A stretch of DNA of 24,681 nucleotides from an uncultured Clostridia bacterium (GTDB lineage: Bacteria > Bacillota > Clostridia > Christensenellales > Aristaeellaceae), in NCBI GenBank assembly GCA_946496415.1, contig CAMMGP010000001.1, forward strand, positions 1 to 24,681, given 5' to 3'. The notes under the pieces were generated by a model. It saw only the letters and a list, made by a program, of their open reading frames with translations, did not search any database and had not been told where the DNA came from. Within the stretch, counting starts at the first letter, position 1. Every line of letters begins with the position of its first letter. The translations under genes and the position numbers were made by a program. Shown one piece after another: positions 9,385 through 17,094 of this stretch.

Positions 9385-10104
9385 ATGAGAAAGATACGTT
9401 ATGAGGAAATGCTGCCCGCGGAATTTCTGGACGCGGTTCAGCACATGCCGGTATTCATCGTTCCCTTGGGATTGCTGGAATGGCACGCCGATCATCTGCC
9501 GCTGGGGCAGGACGCTTTGAAAGCGCATGGTATCTGTTTGCGCATCGCGGAAAAGCTGGATGGCGGGATCGTGCTGCCGCCGGTCTATTTCGGACGCCCT
9601 GGCTTTTCCACCTATACGGGAACGCTGACGTTTTCGGAAGCGCTGGTGAATCTGATGCTCAGCGAATTGTGCCAACAACTCAAAAAGGTCGGCGCGAAGG
9701 TGATCGTGTTCATGGTCGGGCATTACGGCCCCTTGCAGGAGCAATGTATCGAACGCGCTGCGATGATCCTGGCGCGAGAAAACCCGGATATACGCATCAT
9801 CGCCCACAGAGAGTGCGACGGCGTGGAGATTGACGGCGAAATGCCCTGCGACCATGCGGGAAAATGGGAAACGTCCATGTTCATGAGCATGTATCCAGAA
9901 CTTGCTCATATGGAATTGCTGCGCGATCCGCCCCTGCCGCAAAAACTCTATCCCAACGCTCCCCTTGATTTCTACCGCGAAAGCGCGGACTGGGTCTGGG
10001 AGACGGACGTACACGCCTCGAATCCGGAACTGGGCAGACGGGCCGTGGAAGCGGCGGCGCAGAATTTTGCCGGAGAGATCCTGACTGCGCTGCGGGAACT
10101 TTGA
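9385..10104 (+). CDS. Creatininase-family (creatinine amidohydrolase/MftE/ArfB-like) metallo-amidohydrolase
   Basis: PLGLLEWHADHLPLGQDA, VGHYG and DHAGKWETS carry the E-x-H, D, H, E metal-ligand pattern of the family. Confidence 0.85.
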   Translation: MRKIRYEEMLPAEFLDAVQHMPVFIVPLGLLEWHADHLPLGQDALKAHGICLRIAEKLDGGIVLPPVYFGRPGFSTYTGTLTFSEALVNLMLSELCQQLKKVGAKVIVFMVGHYGPLQEQCIERAAMILARENPDIRIIAHRECDGVEIDGEMPCDHAGKWETSMFMSMYPELAHMELLRDPPLPQKLYPNAPLDFYRESADWVWETDVHASNPELGRRAVEAAAQNFAGEILTALREL

Positions 10105-10128
10105 CGGATCAAGGACGAAGATAGCCGA

Positions 10129-10174
10129 AGGCCCCTTTTGGCAGAGTTTTCCGCCGAAAAGGGGCCTCTTTTTA
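10129..10174 (+). terminator. Rho-independent terminator ending the + strand ABC operon, between convergent loci
   Basis: AGGCCCCTTTT (10129-10139) pairs with AAAAGGGGCCT (10157-10167), extended by GGC/GCC past a one-base bulge, followed by CTTTTTAT. Confidence 0.8.
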
Positions 10175-10267
10175 TGGGAACGAGTGTTTTGCGGTCCGCG
10201 TCCGAGGCGGCGGGCCTTGTTCAGATCTCTGCCGCGGCCATAGTGCGGTTGATGGCACGGAAGCGGC

Positions 10268-11761
10268 CTAGTGGATGCTGCGGCGCAGCGACCAAAGGCG
10301 CAGATCGCGCACGGAGGCTTCGCCGCCCCTTGCCTCGATTTCTATGCCATCCTGTTCTGCGGGCGCGAACACGTTCAGACTCTGGCAGACGCGCCCGCCG
10401 TCGGCAAATATCTCAATGGAATCCATATCGAGGAACACGCGCACCTCCATTGTCTCGCGTCCCTTCATGGGCAATGGCGCCCGGCATGTGCCGCGGCTCC
10501 AACCGTCGGCGTTGTTGCGATCAGCGCGCAATTCTGCGTTGGCAAGGTCGAAAGCGACCTCCACCGCCCTTCCGTTGCCCACGCGCAGGCGCAACAGAAC
10601 GGCGCTTGCCCGCGTGTGGGCAAGATCAAGCGTAAAATCCAATTCCGCTGCCGCGCCACAGCCGACGGCGCGCGCTTCGCCGCCTTTAAGCAGAAGATCG
10701 CAGCCGTCGACCAGCGGCAAGTCGCGCAGCGACTCGACCTCCTGGACAGGGCGGAAAGCCAGCGTATGGTCGGGCAGCATGACGACCTCTCGCGGCAGGG
10801 TCATGGCGCCGCACCAACCCTCCTTGTAGGTCGGTCCCCAATCCTTCCACCAGGGCATCCAGTCCCAGGCGTTCGCCCAACCGATCAGCAGCCTGCGCCC
10901 CTTGCCGTCGAGAAACGATTGTGGCGCGTAGCAGTCAAAGCCCCAATCCGTTTCGCCAGATATGTGATGGGAAAACCTGCCCGTCTTAAAATCCATTTCC
11001 CCGACGAGATAGACCGTTTTGCGTTCGCCCAAGCCCATCGGAGAGAACATCAGCACATACAGGCCTTCATCGCCGAGCGGGAAGAAGTCCGGGCATTCCC
11101 ACATATAGCCCAATTCGCCCCGGCTTTCGGCAAGAACGTTGACAAATTCCCACTGCAGCAGGTCTTCTGAGCGATAGAGCAGCGCCTGCGCCCGTTCGCT
11201 TTTCTTTGCGCCTACCACCATATAGAAAACGCCATCATGGGCAAACACGCGGGGATCGCGGAAGTTGGCGGGATCGTAGCCCGCGGGCGCCGTCAATACG
11301 GGATTCCCGGCATACTTTTCAAAGCGCACGCCATCTTCGCTCCAGGCGACGCATTGCGTCTGTTTGAAGCCGTCTCCCTCGTTGGTCGTACCTGTGTATA
11401 CAAGATACAGCTTGCCATCGTGCTCGATAGCGCTTCCTGAGAAACAACCGCCCTTGGGATGATCGTCGCAGGGCTGGTCAGGGATGAGCGCTGGCGGCAG
11501 ATATTCCCAGTGCATCAGATCGTCGCTGACCGCATGCCCCCAATGCATCATGCCCCAGAAAGCGTCAAAGGGGTTGTACTGAAAAAAGAGGTGATAGCGC
11601 CCGCGAAACCAGATGAGGCCGTTCGGATCATTCATCCATCCGACTTCGGGCATGAAGTGGTAATGTTGGCGCATCGGCGCATCCAACACGCCTTCCCGGG
11701 CCTGTGCGATATAGTCGGTCACGCCTTCGCACGTCTTACGCCTTGCAAGCAATTGGTTCAT
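10268..11761 (-). CDS. GH32 beta-fructofuranosidase / sucrose-6-phosphate hydrolase-like, cytoplasmic
   Basis: Catalytic motifs WMNDPNG, FRDP, WECPDF, plus WGHAVS and CFSGSA. Start moved from 11920 to ATG 11761 (RBS GAGGAGG, 16 nt after the GRE stop). No signal peptide. Confidence 0.93.
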   Translation of the reverse strand: MNQLLARRKTCEGVTDYIAQAREGVLDAPMRQHYHFMPEVGWMNDPNGLIWFRGRYHLFFQYNPFDAFWGMMHWGHAVSDDLMHWEYLPPALIPDQPCDDHPKGGCFSGSAIEHDGKLYLVYTGTTNEGDGFKQTQCVAWSEDGVRFEKYAGNPVLTAPAGYDPANFRDPRVFAHDGVFYMVVGAKKSERAQALLYRSEDLLQWEFVNVLAESRGELGYMWECPDFFPLGDEGLYVLMFSPMGLGERKTVYLVGEMDFKTGRFSHHISGETDWGFDCYAPQSFLDGKGRRLLIGWANAWDWMPWWKDWGPTYKEGWCGAMTLPREVVMLPDHTLAFRPVQEVESLRDLPLVDGCDLLLKGGEARAVGCGAAAELDFTLDLAHTRASAVLLRLRVGNGRAVEVAFDLANAELRADRNNADGWSRGTCRAPLPMKGRETMEVRVFLDMDSIEIFADGGRVCQSLNVFAPAEQDGIEIEARGGEASVRDLRLWSLRRSIH

Positions 11762-11777
11762 CGTATGTTCCTCCTCG

Positions 11778-14021
11778 TCAATTTCGCTGATAGCGCTGGG
11801 CGATCTCCCGCTGCATTTGCGGCTCGAGGTCCACGAAACGGGCGCTGTATCCGCATACGCGCACGACCAGGTCGCCGTGCGCCTCCGGATGGACAAGCGC
11901 GTCGGCGATGGCGGATTCATCCAGCAAGTCGAAGTCCGCGGCGCTTCCGCCCATTTCCAGGAAATAGCGGATCAGATGCTCGCACAAGGCGTCGTCGCCC
12001 TTGCCCAGGGAAAGCGGCAAGGTAAAATACGCCACTGCGGCCTGCGCAAAAGCCGTGAGATCAAGCGCGGAGAATGCGTGGATCATGGCGGCGATGCCCG
12101 TATGCGTGCTCTCCGAAGGATTGATGCCTCTTGAGAGCCGTTCGCCGGCATGACGACCGTTTGCCGAGGCGCCACACGGCTGTCGCATCCATTCATAACC
12201 GTAAAACGACCACACGGAGGCCTCGTAGTATCCGCCGCGCGCGTTTGGCATGTCGGCCATCGCCGTAGCGACGCCGTCGATCATCTGGCGGGCGAAGGCG
12301 TTGATGGAATCGTCGTCGCTGCCGTATTTGTCCACGCGGTTTTGCAGATACGCGCGTTCCGCCTCGAAGCCGGCAAAGTCGGCGCGCAGCATGCGGCAGA
12401 GTTGCTCGAGCGTGAAGCGTTTTTCTTCAAAAACGGTTCTCTCGATGGCGCGCATGGAGTCGATGAACGTGCTCAACCCCACCAGCGCGAAGGAACTGCC
12501 GTTGTAAAGCGCTCCGCCCTGCGTCAGGTCGCGCCCACGCTCCAGGCATTGGAGATTTGTCGCGGAAAGAAAGGGCAGAGGGTTGTTTTGCGGCCAGCGG
12601 CGTTCAAATGTATTGTAGTGCCAGGCGATGGCGTTGATGATCAGCGCCAAACCGCGGAACACTCGGCGGCTGAACTCCGCAAAATCATTGCAGCGTTCCA
12701 ACGTCGGCGGTAGTATGCGCTCCCGCGCGAAGAAACCGTCGTCGTTTTTCAGGAGCAGCATCTCCAGATAGCGGGCGGGGTTGAGATAACAAATGGCACG
12801 GGAATTGAGTTCCGTTTCCGCCAACAGCACTTCCTGACAGCCGCCGTTTACATACAGGCGCGAATCCTCGAGAGCCTTGCCCATGCGTGTCTGCGCCTGG
12901 ATGATCACGCGGTCGTTGAATATGGAAAGTACGTTCAGACCGCTGGAGGCGACGCGGGCAATCAGGGCAAAGTAGGCGTCATCCGCGCCGGGCGCAAAGC
13001 GCGCCTGTAGTTTGGGATTGACCAGCCGCAAGTCCAGATAGGCCGCGCAGATCCATTCCGTTACCGGATTGAACACCGGCGTACCATCGCGGTCGCAACC
13101 GCCGATGTTGATGGAGGTGTTCGTGCCGTAGACGGCATCGTGGAGATCCCATTTCGCGTCTGTAAAGGCGCAAAACCAGTAGAGCAGGTCGCGCGCTTCC
13201 TCCGGCGTGATCTCCCCGCTGGCAAGGTCGCGTTGAAGGTATGGCCAAAGCAGCCTGTCCACATGCCCCAGAATGGCCACGCCGGCCGAATCCAATACGT
13301 TGCCGAGTTCTTTCAGATAGAGGATCGTATTGAGCGCCTCAAAAAAGGTTCTTGCGCCCTCCAGAGGACAGCGGCGCGCGGAAACAGCGATGCGCGCCAG
13401 ACGCGCGCGTATGCTCTCGTCTGTCTCCCGCTCCAGCATTACCTCCGCTTCCTGAGCGAAGCGCTCGCCCAGGCGCGCTACACAATCGCAGGCGGCGATG
13501 GCCGCGCGCAGAAAGTCCGCGTCGCCTTGCCCCGCGGCCAGCGCGGCCTTGGCGCGCTCGCGCATCCCGGCGAAACCGTGGTTGAGAATGGTTTCCACGC
13601 CGGCGGCATTGTGCGCCAGATCTGCGTAAAGCGTCGAATAGAGTATGCCCGCGTCCATCGGGGGCTTGCGAAACGCCTCGAAATCCTCTGCAAGTCCGGA
13701 GCGGTCGCTGCGCATCACCCAGCTTCCCAGGCCGGATACCGGCGGAAACGCCGAGCCGAGCAGATTGCGCGGCGCGCCCGTGACCACCTCGAAATAAAAC
13801 GGATAATGGCGAAAAATCTTAACGGGGCAATTCCCGGCGATCTCCTCATAGACCCAGACCTTGCGCGCAAACGCGTTTGCCTGCGGACAGGCCGTCAAAC
13901 GCGCCTCTAGGCGCGCTTCCTGAGCGGATACGTCCGCGGGATAGAGCGCATACCAGGCGGCAAATTCCGCGCGGAAATCGGCGTATTCGCGGCCAAAGGC
14001 CGTCTTTTTCCAGCTGTCCAT
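11778..14021 (-). CDS. Glycyl radical enzyme (PFL-like superfamily), divergent and uncharacterised
   Basis: C-terminal Gly loop LVVRVCGYSARF (Gly724, nt 11850-11852); Cys loop YVNGGCQEV (Cys395, nt 12837-12839); LGHVDRLLWPY, INIGGCDRDG, ASANGRHAGERLSRGINPS; cognate activating enzyme two genes upstream. Confidence 0.9.
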   Translation of the reverse strand: MDSWKKTAFGREYADFRAEFAAWYALYPADVSAQEARLEARLTACPQANAFARKVWVYEEIAGNCPVKIFRHYPFYFEVVTGAPRNLLGSAFPPVSGLGSWVMRSDRSGLAEDFEAFRKPPMDAGILYSTLYADLAHNAAGVETILNHGFAGMRERAKAALAAGQGDADFLRAAIAACDCVARLGERFAQEAEVMLERETDESIRARLARIAVSARRCPLEGARTFFEALNTILYLKELGNVLDSAGVAILGHVDRLLWPYLQRDLASGEITPEEARDLLYWFCAFTDAKWDLHDAVYGTNTSINIGGCDRDGTPVFNPVTEWICAAYLDLRLVNPKLQARFAPGADDAYFALIARVASSGLNVLSIFNDRVIIQAQTRMGKALEDSRLYVNGGCQEVLLAETELNSRAICYLNPARYLEMLLLKNDDGFFARERILPPTLERCNDFAEFSRRVFRGLALIINAIAWHYNTFERRWPQNNPLPFLSATNLQCLERGRDLTQGGALYNGSSFALVGLSTFIDSMRAIERTVFEEKRFTLEQLCRMLRADFAGFEAERAYLQNRVDKYGSDDDSINAFARQMIDGVATAMADMPNARGGYYEASVWSFYGYEWMRQPCGASANGRHAGERLSRGINPSESTHTGIAAMIHAFSALDLTAFAQAAVAYFTLPLSLGKGDDALCEHLIRYFLEMGGSAADFDLLDESAIADALVHPEAHGDLVVRVCGYSARFVDLEPQMQREIAQRYQRN

Positions 14022-14032
14022 ATCGTTTCCCC

Positions 14033-15055
14033 CTAAAATACCAGCGCGACTTTGCGCCCTGCGCGGCTGCGCACCAGTTCGAATCCCTCGGCATACGCCT
14101 CTACCGGCAAACGATGGGAGACGAACTCCCGCAGATCCAGCTTTTTTTCGCTCACGAGCGAGCAGACGAAATCATGCGCGTCGCGCTCATAGCGGGCGAT
14201 CGGCCACTGCACGGAATGAATATTGAAGTTGTAGGGCGCGGCGTCCCAATCGATGCGGTCGCCGGTGTGCAGGCCAATGCCATAGAGGGCGATTTTTCCT
14301 TCTTCCTTGACCACCTGCATGCCCTGATCGATGATCTGCGCGCGTCCAACGCAGTCGATAAACAGGTCGAGCCCCTGCGGGAACATCGAGCGCAGCGCCT
14401 GCACGGTATCGACCTGCTTGGTATTGAAGGCCGCGTCCGCGCCCAGACGCTCCGCCGCGCGCAGACGATCTTCGTGATGACCGGCGAGCACGACGCGCCG
14501 CGCTCCCATCTGCCGGCTCAGCGAAACCATGGCCAGTCCCACCGGGCCGCAACCTACCACCGCCACATCCATGCCTGGCTGCAGGCCCAGGCGCGCGAGC
14601 GCCCCCGCCACCTCCTTGAGGGTGATGATCATCACCGCGTCTACGGGATCAATGTCTGCGGGGATCACTTGGCGCGTGCTCAGATCGATGTGCGCAGGCA
14701 CGCCATCCGCGATGCATGCGTCATAGTCATCCACAACGCCATACTCGGCAAAGCCTCCCCACCGGCTGTATACGTCCGGCAGGTCCGGCAGCGAGGAGCG
14801 CAACACGCGGTCGCCGACGTGGAAAGAACGCACCTTCGCTCCCACTTCAATCACTTCGCCCACGGCCTCATGACCGAGGACACAGGGGTATCGTGCGAAG
14901 TCGCGTAGCCCGCCGGTAAGCAACTTGAGGTCGGTACCGTTACAGATGCCACAAGCCACATTGCGGCACAGCGCCTGATGATCGCCGATGACAGGCATGG
15001 GCAGATCGTCCCGAAGGCGCAATACGCCGGGCTTTTCAATGACCAGTCCTCGCAT
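14033..15055 (-). CDS. MDR-superfamily zinc-type dehydrogenase/reductase (sorbitol/threonine dehydrogenase-like)
   Basis: CGICNGTD, LGHEAVGEV, GDRV, GGFAEY, GCGPVG. Start moved to ATG 15055 (RBS GGAGG). Confidence 0.88.
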   Translation of the reverse strand: MRGLVIEKPGVLRLRDDLPMPVIGDHQALCRNVACGICNGTDLKLLTGGLRDFARYPCVLGHEAVGEVIEVGAKVRSFHVGDRVLRSSLPDLPDVYSRWGGFAEYGVVDDYDACIADGVPAHIDLSTRQVIPADIDPVDAVMIITLKEVAGALARLGLQPGMDVAVVGCGPVGLAMVSLSRQMGARRVVLAGHHEDRLRAAERLGADAAFNTKQVDTVQALRSMFPQGLDLFIDCVGRAQIIDQGMQVVKEEGKIALYGIGLHTGDRIDWDAAPYNFNIHSVQWPIARYERDAHDFVCSLVSEKKLDLREFVSHRLPVEAYAEGFELVRSRAGRKVALVF

Positions 15056-15082
15056 AAGAAATTCCTCCATCATTCATTTCCG

Positions 15083-15955
15083 TCAAAAGGCGACTTCGAC
15101 GCCCCGACGCTCAAATTCTGCCGCCGCCACGCGCATTTGCGCGTCTGTTGGCGGCGCGTACTCGACGAATTGTCGCCCCAGGCGAACATATTTGCCTTTG
15201 CCCAGGGCATGGTATTTGAGAAGCTCAACGCGCAATTCTCCTGTGAGCGAACTCAGATACTGGGCGATCGCCTTCACTTGGCCAAGGTTGAGTTTTGCTA
15301 CCAAAGGCACGCGCACCACCACGGGGCGAACGCGCAACAAACGGGGCAGGTTTTGCAGTATGCGCGCGTTATCTACGCCCGTTACGCGGCGATGGAGGGC
15401 CGCGTCCATGGCCTTGATGTCGTAGAGAAATAGATCCGTGTCCTCCAACACGGCGTCAAAGCATTCCCAAGGAACGTCGCCGGCGGTGTCGACGGCCGTG
15501 TGCACGCCCTCGGCGCGCAGTATATGCAGAAGTTCCGCCGCAGCCTCCACCTGCAACAGGGGTTCTCCGCCGGAGAGCGTTACGCCTCCGCCGGAGATAT
15601 GGAACAGTTGGCGGTCGCGCAATGCGATGTGGGCGATCTCCGCTGCTTCCAGACGCTGCCCTGCCAGCTGCAAAGCCCCCGTCGGGCAACGCTGCGCGCA
15701 TTTGCCGCAGGCAAAGCATTTCGTGCGGTCGAACTGCGTCGGCCCCGCTGTCCGCGCTGCGCAAAGGCCAACGCAGGCGCCGCAGCCGATGCACTTCGTG
15801 GCGTCAAAGAGTATCTCCGGTTCCATGTGCTGAGACTCGGGATTGTGGCACCAGGCGCAGCGAAGCCCACAACCCTTGAAAAAGACTGTCGTGCGCGCTC
15901 CCGGTCCGTCGTGGAGCGAGAGGCGCTGTATATCAAAGATGGTCGCCTTGCTCAT
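15083..15955 (-). CDS. Glycyl-radical enzyme activating enzyme (radical SAM) with ferredoxin-like insert
   Basis: IFDIQRLSLHDGPGARTTVFFKGCGLRCAWCHNPES (CxxxCxxC); CIGCGACVGLC and CFACGKCAQRC; GGVTLSGGEP; HTAVDTAG; YDIK. Start taken at ATG 15955 (TTG 15964 possible). Confidence 0.93.
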   Translation of the reverse strand: MSKATIFDIQRLSLHDGPGARTTVFFKGCGLRCAWCHNPESQHMEPEILFDATKCIGCGACVGLCAARTAGPTQFDRTKCFACGKCAQRCPTGALQLAGQRLEAAEIAHIALRDRQLFHISGGGVTLSGGEPLLQVEAAAELLHILRAEGVHTAVDTAGDVPWECFDAVLEDTDLFLYDIKAMDAALHRRVTGVDNARILQNLPRLLRVRPVVVRVPLVAKLNLGQVKAIAQYLSSLTGELRVELLKYHALGKGKYVRLGRQFVEYAPPTDAQMRVAAAEFERRGVEVAF

Positions 15956-15973
15956 ATCTCTCAAACATCTTTC

Positions 15974-16002
15974 TTGCGTCCTGACGCAAAATGTGTTATC
16001 AT
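15974..16002 (+). promoter_or_regulatory. Promoter of the LacI-family gene, with extended -10
   Basis: TTGCGT (15974-15979), 17-nt spacer, TATCAT (15997-16002), with TG at 15994-15995 (TGn extended -10). Confidence 0.6.
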
Positions 16003-16050
16003 GGATCGAAAGTGTCGATCTACGGTTTTCCGCGCAGGGGGGTATATTCT

Positions 16051-17064
16051 GTGGTCAAACTCGATGATGTAGCGCGTTTGGCGGGCGTGTCCAAGGGCAC
16101 GGCGTCGCGCGTGCTCAACAACCGGGGCTATATATCGCCGCAAACGCGGCAGAAGGTAAAGCAAGCGATGAAAGCGCTCAATTACTTTCCCAACGAGAAT
16201 GCCCGCAACCTTCTGCGACAGCGTTCCGGCATGATCGGCGTAGTCGTGCCTACGATCACCTATCCGTATTATTCAGAGATCATATCCCATCTGGAGCGTT
16301 GCCTCAAGGAGCACGACTACAAAATGCTCCTCTGCAATACGGCATTCAATGCCGGCAACAACATTGACTATGTGCATACGCTCTCTAAGAATCGCGTCGA
16401 GGGCGCGATCCTGTTCAACTATCAGCTGGAGAACAAGGATTACGATGCGATTCCCTTTCCCATCGTTTCCATCGACCGCTTCGTCAAGGACAGCGTTTCC
16501 TTTGTCGCGTCCAATCACGAGCAGGGCGGCCTGTTGGCGGCCAACCATCTGATCGAGTGCGGTTGTCGGCATGTGATCCAGGTGGGCGGCTCCTTTCAAG
16601 AACTGACGCCTTGGAATATCCGCCATGTCAAATTCCGCGAAACCATGCGCGAAAATGGCATTGAGTGCATCAGTTACGAGCAGGCCTCCGACGACCATGA
16701 TTTCCACGATTATCGGGAGATCGTCCTCCAGCTGTTGCGCCAATACCCCGACACAGACGGCTTTTTCTGCAATGATCTGTGCGCCGCCGCAGCGCTTAAT
16801 GCCGCTACTTCGCTGAGCATACGCGTGCCGGAGCAATTGAAGATCGTCGGCTATGACGGCACCATTCTTTCAGAGATCGTTACCCCGGCCATCACCAGCA
16901 TTTGGCAAGATGTGCAAAAGATCGCCACATCCGCCTGCGAGATCCTGTTTCAGCGCATCGAAGATCCAGACACAACGCCCTGCAATATGCTCATTGGCGT
17001 CAAGTTGCTCAGGCGCGGAAGCACTGTGCCGGCGCGGACGCCCGAGATGCCGCCGAAGCGATAG
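16051..17064 (+). CDS. LacI-family transcriptional regulator (ScrR-like)
   Basis: HTH KLDDVARLAGVSKGTASRVLN, hinge YFPNENARNL, IGVVVP, FCNDLCA, VPEQLKIVGYDG. Start moved to GTG 16051 (RBS AGGGGGG). Confidence 0.93.
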   Translation: MVKLDDVARLAGVSKGTASRVLNNRGYISPQTRQKVKQAMKALNYFPNENARNLLRQRSGMIGVVVPTITYPYYSEIISHLERCLKEHDYKMLLCNTAFNAGNNIDYVHTLSKNRVEGAILFNYQLENKDYDAIPFPIVSIDRFVKDSVSFVASNHEQGGLLAANHLIECGCRHVIQVGGSFQELTPWNIRHVKFRETMRENGIECISYEQASDDHDFHDYREIVLQLLRQYPDTDGFFCNDLCAAAALNAATSLSIRVPEQLKIVGYDGTILSEIVTPAITSIWQDVQKIATSACEILFQRIEDPDTTPCNMLIGVKLLRRGSTVPARTPEMPPKR

Positions 17065-17094
17065 CGTCCGGCGGCATCGTTCTTTGCCGAAAGG

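Noticed and set aside
11762-11920. 53-aa N-terminal extension of GH32 in the ORF track
   Set aside because: Overlaps the GRE 3' end; a strong RBS precedes ATG 11761.
11778-14021. Annotation as pyruvate formate-lyase (pflB) or choline lyase (cutC)
   Set aside because: No adjacent Cys-Cys pair; Cys loop is GCQE; activase has a ferredoxin insert; no microcompartment or choline genes nearby.
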